From Octopus sinensis (taxonomy: Eukaryota), in assembly GCF_006345805.1 (NCBI RefSeq), contig NC_043002.1, forward strand, positions 76,570,001 through 76,634,000: a DNA stretch of 64,000 bases. The letters are read 5' to 3'. This document shows positions 41,085 to 54,014 of this stretch, piece by piece. Both the position numbers and the translations under genes were made by a program. Under the pieces are notes generated by a model, which ran no database searches, was not told the DNA's origin, and worked only from the letters and a program-made list of their open reading frames with translations. Within the stretch, counting starts at the first letter, position 1. Each line of letters begins with the position of its first letter.

Positions 41085-42045
41085 AACGTTTGGCTACATG
41101 GTCAGTTTGTATCGTGGGGTCACTGGATGTGTCCAATCTGACACTAAACACCTTTATCCAGCCAGGCGAACCGACTGAGCCTCACCAAATCTAAGCCTGT
41201 GTCCATGCGGCATTCTACAGATCCCACCAATCACCTCTTTTCAGCTTGTACTTCGTTCTTCATGGACCTTCGGCTTCCTCCTGTAAAGCCCAGAGTACGA
41301 TCCTAAATCCTTGATTGCTAACCTCGTTCTGCACCAAATCCTGAAACTTGAGTTTCTTCCTCTCTTGCATAATCTTCGTCCTGTTCTCCCAGGGCACGGG
41401 CAACTCCAGTAGGATTATTGCCTTGCTGTCTTGGAAACCAAGGTAATATCTGCTGTAATTTTAACTTCCATCATCACGTCTTGTACTATGGGAAGACAAC
41501 TCTCAATCTATTCTTGGGAATTTTCTTTGCCCTCATCCCTTCTCTATAACAGTGGCTATCTTTCTAATCGTGGTACATGCATTTTTATTTCTACTGAACC
41601 CCATCCTTGTTGATGGCCTCAGTGATGGTCTCGAGGACCTGATCGTGTCTCCAGCGATAGTACCTTAAAACAACTACTTAAGATGTGCTCGACGGGTCCC
41701 TGTCTCATAACACGGGGAGCATGCAAGGGTTTTTTGTGAGCCCCATGTAAGTAAGTTAGATGCGCTGGATAGAACACCATACACTTCTAGATCAAGAACT
41801 TGATACTCCGCAAGTTCCACTTCTAGATATCGTACGAAGTGACATTCTGCTTCATCACCTGCACCGACTTCGATCCAGGTACCCTTATTTATGCATCACC
41901 TCCACTCTATTTGCCTATTCGTCTTTCATTGATGTTCGTACCCACTCCTGTACCAGTTTCTGTCTCTCCTTCCTGCTAATCATGCCATATTAAGTTGCAC
42001 TTGACTTCAAAAGCGTCTAGAGTGTCACCTCAAGACTGGCTGCAT
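41085..42045 (-). mobile_element. Decayed RLE LINE, HERO-like
   Basis: SVYGVLSSASNLLTWG, EHILSSC, YRWRHDQVLETITEAI, LELPVPWE..ERKKLKFQDL; clade assignment from recalled motifs. Confidence 0.7.
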
Positions 42046-42126
42046 CAGTTAAGAGATTTTGATGATGATGATGAAGATGAGTCTGAAAATACCTCTAAAT
42101 CTTTAGTGAACTAAGATCAATGCAGT

Positions 42127-42268
42127 TCTTAAGAGATAGGAATTATGTACATTATTTACATTCGACGGATATTTGTCCTCATCTTTCGGCTGTTATACCT
42201 TCCAGCCTTCTTCAGGTGTCTTGGGAAAATTTCGAACCTGGGTTCTCATTCTTAAGGTATTTTCGATG

Positions 42269-42302
<34 letters not shown>

Positions 42303-42419
42303 GCCATATGCCCGTGGGCATATGGCGTCGTGGTTAAGAGCGCGGGCTACTAACCTCAAGATTCCGAGTCCGATTCCAAGCAGTTACCTGAAAATAACAA
42401 CAACAACAACAACAACAAC

Positions 42420-42453
<34 letters not shown>

Positions 42454-42601
42454 TCGAAAATACCTTAGGAATGAGAACCTAGGTTAGAAATTTCCCCAAG
42501 ACACCTGAAGATGGCTGGAGGGTATATCAGCCGAAACGTTGTGTTAACAATAAAGAAGATGAGGACAAATATCTGTCAAATGTAAATAATTGTAAATAAT
42601 G
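42127..42601 (+). mobile_element. tRNA-headed, hammerhead-tailed non-autonomous retroelement with inverted left arm
   Basis: 15-bp TSD TAAGATCAATGCAGT (42112-42126 / 42602-42616); tRNA head from 42316; HHR 42500-42545; left arm is the reverse complement of the tail. Confidence 0.8.
42500..42545 (+). ncRNA. Minimal type I hammerhead ribozyme
   Basis: GACAC-CTGAAGA-T-GGCTG-loop-CAGCC-GAAA-CG-TT-GTGTT; palindromic stem III (ACGT) as in dimeric minimal HHRs; extra nt after the core. Confidence 0.7.
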
Positions 42602-43653
42602 TAAGATCAATGCAGTATAAAAGGTTTGCTCGTAAACACTACGAAAACGCTAGCGATGGATCTGAACTTACTTCCTATCTACTTGGCAGTTTAACTATTA
42701 ACCCTACGTGTTCACATGACCTGCTAGAAATCACAGCCAATTTCCCCTAAATTACACCTTACTATCCTGACCAGTGGAGACATTGAAAAATATAATCGTA
42801 GATATGTAGTGTTTGAGAGAAGGGAATAGTCATGACTGGAGGACCTTTGTTCATAAGTCTGCTCAGTCAAGGTTGACCTGTGGCTAAACACCACCTTCAA
42901 CAATGCTGGTCTTCTGCGTCCTCCACTAACAACAATGCAGGTGGCGTGAGCATGGAGGGTCAAATCTTACCCATGTAGTATTATCACTTCAGGATTGTAA
43001 ATAACATACCTATTCAATTACAAGGAAACAAAGAGAGAGGAAAAGAAGAAAAAATGATGGGGAGATTAAGCTGCAGATGGAGGGAGGGAGAGAGAGAGCA
43101 GCAGCAGGTCGCACATCCCAAAATAAATCATGACTACGATGATGACTATTCCCTTCTCTCAAGCACTACATATCATGACTATGATGGCGTTGCCGCGCAA
43201 AATGACCAGCGACACTCGCTGCAACAGCGGAGGTCATTTTTCAGACGGCCGCTGTTATCCCGATTTTGCGGAGAAAAACAGTAGTGGTATTTGATTTTCT
43301 TTTCTCTGCGTTACCAGCGACGATACCGGGGTTTGCAACCGATGCAGCAAGGTTGGAGCCGGAGAACGTGTCGCAGCACGTCGCGTCCCAGATTAGGGTT
43401 AGGGTTAGGGATCAGCGTCCCTCGTATGGGAAGAGGGTTATTCCGTTGGGGTGCTAACAGTCAAATCATTCCATAAAACACACACACACACGCACACATA
43501 CACACATTCTATCTTTCCATCCCCTCCCCCTCTCTCTTCAATGGGTATTTTTCATCTATTGTAGAATTATTACAACTATCAATCACATTTTCCAAACATA
43601 TATACTGTTTCAATATCAATGTAAATTATTCCCAACATGCTATAACGGATTCT

Positions 43654-43886
43654 TATTTCTTTATTGCCCACAAGGGGCTAAACATAGAGAGGACAAACAA
43701 GGACAGACAAAGGGATTAAGTCGATTAGATCGACCCCAGTGTGTAACTAGTACTTAATTTATCGACTCCGAAAGGATGAAAGGCAAAGTCGACCTCGGCG
43801 AAATTTGAACTCAGAACGTTACATCATACGAAATATCGCTAAGCATTTCGCCCGGCGCGCTAACGTTTCTGCCAGCTCACCGCCTT
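43654..43886 (-). mobile_element. Full-length family A SINE with 20-bp TSD
   Basis: AACATGCTATAACGGATTCT at 43634-43653 and 43887-43906. Confidence 0.92.
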
Positions 43887-43955
43887 AACATGCTATAACG
43901 GATTCTGTCGACAAAACACCTACCTTACAAAGCAACTAATTTTGTGCCAAAGTGT

Positions 43956-44274
43956 CACTCCGTCGGTTACGACGACGAGTGTTCCAGCTGATCTGATCAA
44001 CAGAACAGCCTGCTCGTGAAATTAACGTGCAAGTGACTGAGCATTCCACAGGCACGTGTACCCTTAACGTAGTTCTCGGGGAGATTTAGCGTGACACAGA
44101 TTGTGACAAGGCTGGCCCTTTGAAATACAAGTACTACTCATTTTTGCCAGCTGAGTGAACAGGAGCAACATGAAATAAAGTGTCTTGCTCAAGGACACAA
44201 CGCGTCACTGGGAATCGAACTCACAACCCTACGATTATGAGCCGAATGTCCTAACCTCTAAGCCACACGCCTTC
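43956..44274 (-). mobile_element. tRNA-derived SINE, family C (OR1-type)
   Basis: Minus strand GAAGGCGTGTGGCTTAGAGG..GAGTTCGATTCCC..GTCCTTGAGCAAGACACTTTATTTCA..CTCAGCTGGCAA; tail ends ACCGACGGAGTG. Confidence 0.8.
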
Positions 44275-44919
44275 ACTTGTGTCAAAAAAAAAAAAAGGTT
44301 AACGTAAGCGTAGTAGATGTGCCCTCGTAAAGCAAGAAGTAGACGCCTCTTTCAGAGACGAACATCCGCAGTGCAATTTCGGTCCTTGGTTAAAACCAAC
44401 CCACTCTATTTAAAAGCACGAACGTTATAAAAATGATTTAAAATGTTTGAGCTGGAGCGGGACAGTCTCGAGAATGTGTAAGGACACCCACCCAGAGTAT
44501 CAGGGGCAGCATCCAAAAGTGACGCTGTCTTGTACCATTGGCCAAGACACTTAACTCTCAGCAGTCCGATGCCGATAGCATCATTAAAAGTTCAATTAAA
44601 TAATGATTTCAAATTTTGGCACAAGGCCAGCAATTTTGAGGGAGGGATTAAATCGATTATATCGACCCCAATACTCAACTGGAACTTATTTTATCGACCC
44701 CAGAAGGATGACAGGGAAAGGCGACATTGATGGAATTTGAACTCAGAACGTGAAGTCGGACGAAATGTCGCTAAGTATTTTGCTCGACCTGCTAACGAAT
44801 CTACCAGCTCACCACCGTAGTCCCATTAAATTATGACCAGTTCAGTGTCACGAATATTTTGGTATTTTTAAGCAGTTTGACATTGATTCGAGCGATGCCG
44901 AAAGAATAAATTACCAGTA

Positions 44920-45350
44920 GGAGTGGCTGTGTGGTAAGCAGCTTGCTTACCAACTACATGGTTCCGGGTTCAGTTCCACTGCGTGGCACCTTGGGCAAGT
45001 CTCTTCTTCTATAGCCTCGGGCCGACCAAAGCCTTGTGAGTGGATTTGGTAGATGGAAACTGAAAGAAGTCCATCGCATATTTATATATGTGTGTGTGTG
45101 TGATTGTGTGCGTGCGTGTGTGTGTATGTTTGCGTGTCTGTGTTAGTCCCCCCTCACCATCCGATGCTGGTGTGTTGACAACCGATGTTGATGCATTTAC
45201 GTCCCCGTAACATAGCGATTCGGCAAAAGAGACCGATAGAATAAGCACTAGGCTTACAAAAAATAAGTTCTGGGATCGATTTGTTCGACTAAATGCGATG
45301 CTCCAGCACGGCCGCAGTCAAGTGACTGAAACAAATAAAAGAATAAAAGA
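44920..45350 (+). mobile_element. Full-length family B SINE
   Basis: Head to tail GACTGAAACAAATAAAAGAATAAAAGA. Confidence 0.88.
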
Positions 45351-45519
45351 GCAAGTCGGCTTCGGCAGAATTTGAACTCAAATATAAGAGTAAACAATGT
45401 AAAGCATTTATTTAATGCGTTGCTGTCACATTTCAACCAATCACCGTCCTTTAATCCAAGAATTAAGGAATTGCATTTCTTTTTACACCAGCGACAAACA
45501 TCGTGTTATACCATGAAGA

Positions 45520-46228
45520 TATTGGTTTCGAATTTTAGCACAAGGCCAACAATTTCGGAGGGGAGTGTAAAGTTGATTAGGTCAATCCCCAGTACTCAAC
45601 TGGTATTTAATTTATCGACCCCGATTTGAACTCAGAACGTAAAGACGGACGAAATGCCACAAAACATTTTGACCGGCGTGCTAACGGTTCTTTTCTACTC
45701 TAGTCACAAGGCCCGAAATTTTATGGGGTGGGGTTGTGGATTACATCGACCTCAGTACGTAAAGACGGACGAAATGCTACAAAACATTTTGACCGGCGTG
45801 CTAACGGTTCTTTTCTACTCTAGGCACAAGGCCCGAAATTTTGGGGGATGGGCCAGTTGATTACATCGCCACCAGTACGCAACTGGTACTTAATTTATCG
45901 ACTCCGAAAGGATGAAAGGCAAAGCGGACCTCGGCAGAATTTGAACTCAGAACGTAGCGGCAGACGAAATACTGCCAAGCATTTCGCCCGGCTTGCTAAT
46001 GTTTCTCTTTCTTTATTACCCGCAAGGGGCTAAACACAGAGGAGACAAACAAGGACAGACAAACGGATTATATCGACTCCAGTGCGTAACTGGTACTTAA
46101 TTTATCGACCCCGAAAGGATGAAAGGCAAAGTCGACCTCGGCGGAATTTGAACTCACAACGTAACGGCAGACGAAATACGGCTACGCATTTCGCCCGGCG
46201 TGCTAACGATTCTGCCAGCTCGTCGCCT
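45520..46228 (-). mobile_element. Head-to-tail array of four family A SINE units
   Basis: One intact head at 46228; three junctions tail-GAA|(C/A)C(G/A)TTAGC; includes a 120-bp duplication (45637/45757). Confidence 0.85.
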
Positions 46229-47705
46229 TATCCTATGCAGATATTGCAGTAGATTTACCTTTAACGAAAGATGAAAATATGTTCCGTCTATTGGGATCAA
46301 TCAGATTGGATACTTCCCTCAACAGCTATTTTAAATCTGCTCTGCTTGATACATCGTTAACTGCTCGATATCCAGTCTATGTAAAAACATGCTGAAAACT
46401 GTTACTCTCTTCGAAAACGCAGTAAAAGGCACTGCTTTATAAGTAACACACACATGTATATATATATAGTTATTCACTGTTAATTAGAGAGTATTGTCAT
46501 TTTAAAGTATCGTAAATAGCACTGACGGTTAGTTTTCTCGCTGCTATTTGGAAATACACATTTTTTAACGGTATATCTTTTACTAAAAAAAAAGAAAAAA
46601 ACACAAGGAGTAACATGCAAAATATGCTCAGTTAAGTATTAATTATTTCTCTTCATTATTATATCAAGTGTGCTTGTAATAACAATAGAAAAAAAAGTTG
46701 CATGTTTTTCGTAAACAGTAATTTTTAAAAAATTGTAAATATTTGGTGTTAAAATTCTATTTTACTGCCTAAAGAATTATAGACGTGGAGAATTGAGAAT
46801 CGATTTTTTTGAGGAAAAAAAAGCCGTAATTGATAACATCAATTAAAACTTAATAGTAATCATAGTTGGTTTGTTAATTTTTCTTTCAATTAATTGGTTC
46901 AAAATTATTTAGAATAATTTTTCTACGTATTTTAATACTATGGAGTTTTTAATATTTTTCTGCTGTATTTTACGACTCTACAGCTTTTAATATTTTCTCG
47001 AATCTTCTTCATACAACTGAGAAAGGAAATAGCATTTAATGAAGTGACTGAATAGTCTAAAGGCTACTGGCTATGAATACAAAATCATTCCGTTACACAC
47101 ACACACTTTATCTTTACCTCCTTTTCTTCTATTATAGAACTATTGTAAATATTGATAATATTTTCCAAACATGTATACTGTTTCTATATCAATGTGAATT
47201 ATTCTCAATTACAGAATCAGATTCGGTTTGCAATTAGCTGTACATTAACTTGAACCCCTAAACAAACCAAACCACTCTAGCTATACAATATACAGCAACG
47301 TCCTTCAAGACTAATTTAGCGGTTGTCGCTATCTCTATGCCAAAAATTTGCTCCTATTGATTGTAACAATCTTTTTAACTTCACAAATTAAGTTGTTGCT
47401 TTTTTTTTTCAACATTGCCAGCTACTTTAATTAAACTTTTGAAAGATTTAATTAAATTAAGAAAATTTTTCCAACATTAATAGCTTAAACTCATTTAACT
47501 AAATTCAGGTTAGGTTTTGTCTTTTTCTTTTTCTTAAACTAAATTACGTAATTAGATTAACGGTATGCTTATACATGTTCATCAAATCATACGCTGGTTA
47601 TAATTTTTGAACGAATGATTCGTGTCGACATACCGAGGACAAAAACTTATAAGATCAAATTTTCTCTTAATATATTCATCTCCTAGCTGACGCAGGTATT
47701 AGCTT

Positions 47706-47890
47706 TTAAGGCGGCGAGCAGGCAGTATCGTTAAGACGCCGGGCGAAATGCTTAGCGATATTTTTCGTTCGTCTTTACGTTCTGAATTCAAATTCCGCCG
47801 AGGTCGACTTAACCTTTAATTCTTTTGGGGGTCAATGGAAAATAAGTACCAGTTGAGAACTGGGGTCGACGTAATCGACTACCTTTGCTC
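47706..47890 (+). mobile_element. Family A SINE (no tail)
   Basis: GGCGGCGAGCAGGCAG..GAATTCAAATTCCGCCGAGGTCGAC..AAGTACCAGTTGAG. Confidence 0.8.
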
Positions 47891-48899
47891 TGAACTTAAG
47901 TTTCCTCTTGAACACAGGTATTCGAAATTTACAATCAGAATCCTGAAGTGAAAAATGGTAGCAATTAGTAAACTATACTTATTGTTTTAGCTCAGTCTTA
48001 ATAAGCGTCAAAATGAATTTTATTTTTCTTTTCAAAGTTCCCCGAGAAACTTTAATCTACAGTTTCTGCAAGTCAAAATAAATTGTGATTTTTATGCTTT
48101 TATTCTTTTACTTGTATCTGTCGTTGGATTGTGGCCATGCTGGAACATCACCTTAAAGGGTTTAGTTGAACAAACTGACCCAAGTAATTATTTATTCTGA
48201 TTAATTCTGGTATTTTTTCTATCATTCTCTGAGGAACCACTAAGTTACGGGGGATATAAATAAGCCAGCACCAGATGTCAAGCAGTGAAGCAGAGGATAT
48301 AGATACGCACGCACACATACACACATATGACTGGGATTCCACACAGTTTCTGAGTACCAAATTCGCTGACAAGGCATTGGCCATCCCGAGGCTACAGTAT
48401 AAGATATTTGCACAAGATGCAGCGCAATGAAACTGAACCTGAAACCAAGTGGTTGCAAAGCGAACTTCTTAACTACCTAGCTATGCCTGCGCTTTTTATG
48501 TTTGTTTATACAACAGAACGGATGTGATATGATGAGCATGCTGTAATTTTACATTTAGACGTTTTAAAATACATAGAAACCACACCATGAAGCCATAGTT
48601 GACCACCTAAAACATCTTGGAATTTCAAACCAAAACAACATTGATAGTCCATCCCATACTTAGGAACAGAAAAAGGAAATGGCTGCTTCTAGTGTTACGA
48701 TGGCGGATGTAACTACTTGGAATATTTACTGGAATGTATGAACCTTCACTGCTAAAAATTTAATTGAAACCAGTTATATACAGCTTTATACAACAGCAAC
48801 TGTTCTGGTATTTATTGACCGTTTTAAGAAATCGGAAGCGGAGCCTCTTTAACGTCGTAAAGTTTCACTTTTTGGGATGGGACACACAGCAGCATGTAT

Positions 48900-50240
48900 C
48901 AACATCAATTAGAATATAGAGATATATTCCTATTGAGAGAAAGAATAAAGAATTTTGCACGAACAAGAGCTGGTAATGAAGGTCGGTTGGAATGCGGCGT
49001 AGTGCAGTATGGGGGAGGGTAACAAAGTCGGTAACTTTGTTTGTTTGAAGTCTCCGGAATTATTTTCGAACATGGCGCGTATTTGTACGCGTTGGTGTTA
49101 CTAGTGGAGAAGGAAAGTATTGTTGGAGTTTTGTAGTAAGTGTACAATGCGGCAGAACTGTGGAAGCTTTCTTTTCGGGTGTACAATCGTCTTAAGATTC
49201 CGTAAGTTGGTAGATGAATCAGAAGGGCCGGCTGTCGTTAAGCAGATGGGAGAGGTTTTAGGTTATGCAATGCACGAAAGCATAATTTGATATTCGTATG
49301 GCAGTCGTGATCGTGGGTAAATACCACACCCGAGATAGAGGTGGACAAGTTTTTGCAGATGTTGCAGTGAGTTTTAATGTTCTGTTTGCAGTCCAGCTGA
49401 ACGTGAGCCACTTGGAGGTTTATGGTTTTGTGGGCTTGGTGATGAACGTGAAGGATCATAACCAGTAGGTTTGTTCCAGTCACCTGGTTATCTGTTTCGG
49501 ATGAGTCAGGTATCAAGCACATTGGCTGCTTGGGATAGTTCACATAAAACTGGTGGAGTTCCAACAAATTGGCTCTCAGTGTTTGAGAATGGAATGTGGT
49601 GCAGCATGTGGATGTTTGGTGGGTGAACTTGATTCGGCTAATGGTGGGCAATCTGATAGATTCATAGACATTTATATTTTGATAAAGGCTGGGTTTGGAT
49701 AAAGAAATAAATCAACAATACTTAGAATGTCTGTTTGTAGCTGAGGAATACGACTGAGCAATGGCACTGCTAACAGTTGCAGATGGTTCAGAATGGTAAT
49801 ATTTCAGCTTCTGAGAAAGTAATTATCGATGTGATAAGAATAGGAGAGATAGTGTTTGTGAACAGTGAAGTAACCGAGCATGGTAAATTCAGGGAATGAT
49901 AACCAAGACTTGAGATAATCGAAGAATTACTAGAAAGACGATAGAGAGGTAGCCGATAAGTTTAGGGTACTGAAGTGAATAGACTTCGAACCTGAGAAAC
50001 TCTCCAGGTAAAAGATGTCCGCGGTAGGAAGGGCGAATTCTACATAGGCAGAAACCACCTTTCATATTGCTACTGGACTATAATGTAGCCTGCTCAGCAG
50101 TTAGGCTGGAGACAACGAGGGAATTACCTTAAATAGGAACAAGTGCAGCTTACGTGTTAGTAAAGAGAAATGAGCGGGTTCGGGTTGGATTCAAGCTCGC
50201 AGATGTTACTACGCGCGAGAGAAAATTGTCTAGAAAGAAG
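48900..50240 (-). mobile_element. Strongly decayed Penelope-like RT remnant
   Basis: Ordered degenerate motifs on minus strand: ANL.., LTFSW, LSTS..HDCH, ILRRLYT..ESF, PP...SLPALVRAK, resembling the PLE RT palm/thumb/linker; many stops and frameshifts. Confidence 0.4.
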
Positions 50241-51979
50241 AGTGCCATGGATAATACCTTAACTGACAAAGTGCCTCCCTGGGATATAATTTAAGGGATC
50301 TGCCAATATTTCTCGCTTGATGTCTATACGTTGTTACCTTGTTATTAATATCAGAAATAGGGATTAGCAAAAACAGTTTGACTAGAAAAGGAGGGTTATG
50401 AGAGATTTTAGATTAATATATTTTTTTATAGAAACAAAAGTATTTCTGAATAACCAATGCAAGATGTATGTGGTTTTATTGTTGAATAACAGTTAGTGAA
50501 TACAGTATTATCTCTTGTGACTCAGAGAAACTACTAAAGTTGATTTGATTATTGTGCAATGTTAATTTTAGAGAATTATCATCAGATGATGATCAATGAA
50601 AAGATTCTATATTTCAGATGTGTTCAACTTACGGGAAACAAGTCGTGAGAAGGAGAACAGTAATAGACTGTTTGCTTGCAGTGTATTGTGTTTTAGTGTA
50701 ACGAGGAAAAAGGAAATCATTATAGAGGTTTTGTCTTGGGTTAGGGATTTTATTTGCTTTAATCTAATCTTATATGGCATAGCTGTGTGGTTAAGAAACT
50801 CGCTTTGTAACCACGTGGGTTAGTGTTCAGCCCCACTGCGCAGTACCTTGAGCAAGTGTCTTTAGCTCTAGCCCCAAACTGACCAGTTCCTTGTGAGTAA
50901 ATTTGCTAGACTGAGGCTGTGTAAAAGTCCGTCGTATGTATGTATGTGTTTGTCCGCCACCACCATTTGACGACTGGTATTGGTTTGTTTACATTCCCGT
51001 AACTTTGTGGTTTCGCAAAAGAGCTCGAGAGAATAACCAAAATTTTAAGCAAGTACCGAAGTCGATTACATTTTGACTAAATTCTTTAAGATGGTTCTGC
51101 AGAATGGCCTAAGACCAAAAGCTAAACCAAATAAGAAAAGTGTGTGTGTATGAGAGAGCAAAGCAGGCAATGTTCATGGCTCTTTATAGGGCTTCTGAAA
51201 CAGGTGGGAGGGAGTGAAAGAGGAAAGTATTTTCAAACCAGAAATCTACCCCGAATGCTTGCAACAAAGAGGACTGTACTGAAGGTACCCAGGGTGTCAG
51301 ATAATTATGTTAAATCAGGCGACAGATTAAGCTTACCACCCAAGCAAGCCATGATGGAATTTGAACTTAGAACGCAAAGAGTCGGAATAAACACCGCAAA
51401 GGCATCCAGTTCAACGTCATAAACTGTCCTACTAATTCACTGCCCTGCATTGATACTTGCTTTCTCAACGCCGAAAGGATAAAAGGTGAAGTTGACTTTG
51501 GTTGGATTTGAGCTCACAGCTCACAGAGTCGAACAAATGCTGTGAGGTATTCTACTCGACGCTTTAACGACTTTACCTGGTTCAATTGCAGGCTAGCGTT
51601 CGTATAATTATGACGTTACACTGAGCTAAATTCTGCTGGCAAAATTTTAACTCCTACTCAAACACACGCACACACACCAAACAAGGTTTAGGAGACTGTA
51701 GCATTGTGTATAATATTCGGATAATACTAACACTTGGGAAGATAGCTCTCCTGTTACTACTATACAATTCATCGTATTATGTTTGTAAATGAGATACCAA
51801 TTTAAGTAGCCTACTTTGGCTTTTCCTGATCGTTAATCGATCCGGCTTAACGTTTGAATTAAGTAATTAATATGTAATTCCGTAAGCTTATTCCAGGAAA
51901 CAAGTTGTCATTAATGATCCACCACCTCCAACGATAAAAATACTCAATTAGTCAACGGAATATAATTAATATTATTTGG

Positions 51980-52560
51980 ATAGTACCGGTGATTGGCAGA
52001 ATCGTTAGAACAACAGTTAAAATGTATCTGATACTATTTAGTTACGGTTCTTTATGCGGTAAGTTCAAATCCTGCCGAGGTCAACTTTGCCTTTCATCTT
52101 TCCAGAACTGATAAGATGAAGCACAAGTCAAACACTGGATCGCTATAATAGACTCATCCGCCAAATTTGAGACCTTGACCCGATATTAGAAATAATAATA
52201 ACAATCCTTTCTACTAAAGGCACAAGACCTGAAATTTGGAGGGAGGGGTACAGTCGATTACATTGATTCCAGTGCTCAACTTGTACTTTATTTCATCGAT
52301 CCCGAAAGGATGAAAGGCAAAGTCGACCTCGGAGTATTTTGAACTCAGACGCGTGAACAATTCTGTCAGCTCAGTCAAAATGCTTATTGACATTTCTTCC
52401 GGCCCAGTGCGTTCTGAGTTCAAATTCCATTGTGGTCGATCTTGTCTTTCATCCCTTCAGAGTTGATAAAATAAGTACCAGTTGAGCACTGGGGTCGAAG
52501 TACTCGAATAACGTCCCTATCCACCTAAATTTGCAGGCCTTGTGCCAAAATTTGAAATCA
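51980..52560. mobile_element. Three diverged family A SINE fragments in mixed orientation
   Basis: AAGTTCAAATCCTGCCGAGGTCAACTTTGCC (+), GAAAGGATGAAAGGCAAAGTCGACC (-), GAGTTCAAATTCC..AAGTACCAGTTGAGCACTGGGG (+). Confidence 0.7.
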
Positions 52561-54014
52561 TTATAACAGCACTGTTTCATTTTGATCAAGTCAACAGATT
52601 CATGTTGTTTAGCCTCAGGCTAATCTTGACTAAGAAAACTTGTGAATATGCCCCAGCGGTGGTGCCCCAGCATGGCCGCGGCCTTCGGGCTAAAACATTT
52701 TTAAGGATTTAAGGATTTATGCCGCCATTTTAGGCACCTCTGGGACTACATTACCTACTGTAGCTTTGTTTAAGGGTGTGATTCGAAGTAGATTTGCCTG
52801 CTGTTTCTAGCAGTCATCATCTGAAAGTTCTTTTGTTGCCTTGTTCATGTTCTTATCGTTTAACCACTGACCCAAACAGGTTTATAACGAAACGCATTTC
52901 AGCTATCGCTGCATATATATATATTGAACTTATTGTATAGTGCTCAGGTGCACTAAAACTCATCAGAAAAAGTAGCCAAAAGTTTATAAACTGAAGCTGT
53001 AAGCGAACGAATCGTGTAAGGTAAAAAAGAAAAAAGTAGAGTAGGCATACATCAGGTGTACTCTTGGATAATCTCAGGAAGCATTGGAAGTTTTGAAGGA
53101 TGTAGTGTCTCGGCAGTCATCAATTCATCCGGGTAGTTTATTCAGCATTTGTGAGCGTGAAAAAAATGTATCCGAAAGTAATGTGCTGTGTTGTTTTTTT
53201 TATGGGGGGGGGGTATGTCCATGAGTGTTAGATATATGGAATACAAAAAGGTGCTCAAGGTTGTTATTGGAAAGATGGAGGAATATCTTGTGGGTGTCTA
53301 CCAAGTCAGATGTCAGATATGTTTTGTGATTTAGGGAGACCAAGTCTCTTAAACATCTCAATGGCTTTGCTGAAGATTCTGTAAGAACAGAGTATGGTAA
53401 ATTTCTACAACCTTGCTATTTAGATTTCAATTTCAAAGTTTTTTAAAACATTGAACACTATTATGATGGTGCCACCAAACCAATAGGGGTGTCAATTGGC
53501 TCTTCACCTGGGTCGTAGCAAACTTAAGAGGACGCCATGATCTCACAAGGGTCCTGCTGGGAAAGACACTAGTGGAGACAGGGGAGTGATTTTTTTTTTC
53601 CTTAGTAATAAAATATTTAAATCAAATACAGTAATCTCTTGCCGTATTACGGTTCACCCATCGCGGTTTATTATTTAAACTTAAGCCGATTCCTCCGTGG
53701 TGTTGTTTTGCATTTATGATAAAATATATACAAATTATTAATAGTTATCGCCAAGCTAATATGGCAGTCCAGAAATTGGTTAGCTCGAATATAGGACGAA
53801 TGCTGCCGTTGATTAGCTCCAAGGGGCCATCGCCTCTAGCTAGCTATGTGACACACGAACCTGTGTCCATTATAACCTTCGAACAGGGGAGGTCAGCCGC
53901 TTCCCCTTGCTGGTCAGGCATCTGCTGACTAGTTTCAGGGTAATTGTCCCTTATCAATGCAGAGCAGCCGAACCCAAAAATAATGAAAAAAAAAAAATAC
54001 AGTACTGTTTCTAC

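Noticed and set aside
43153-43287. CACTA transposon (CACTAC...GTAGTG)
   Set aside because: Only 6 bp of inverted match and no 3-bp TSD.
43393-43410. Telomerase RNA template or true telomere
   Set aside because: Only three repeats, internal; longer than a typical ~1.5-repeat template, with no supporting structure identified.
52925-52975. CTGATGA plus hairpin on the minus strand
   Set aside because: Next bases are AATA, not GAAA; no stem III. Probably the 3' end of an old LINE.
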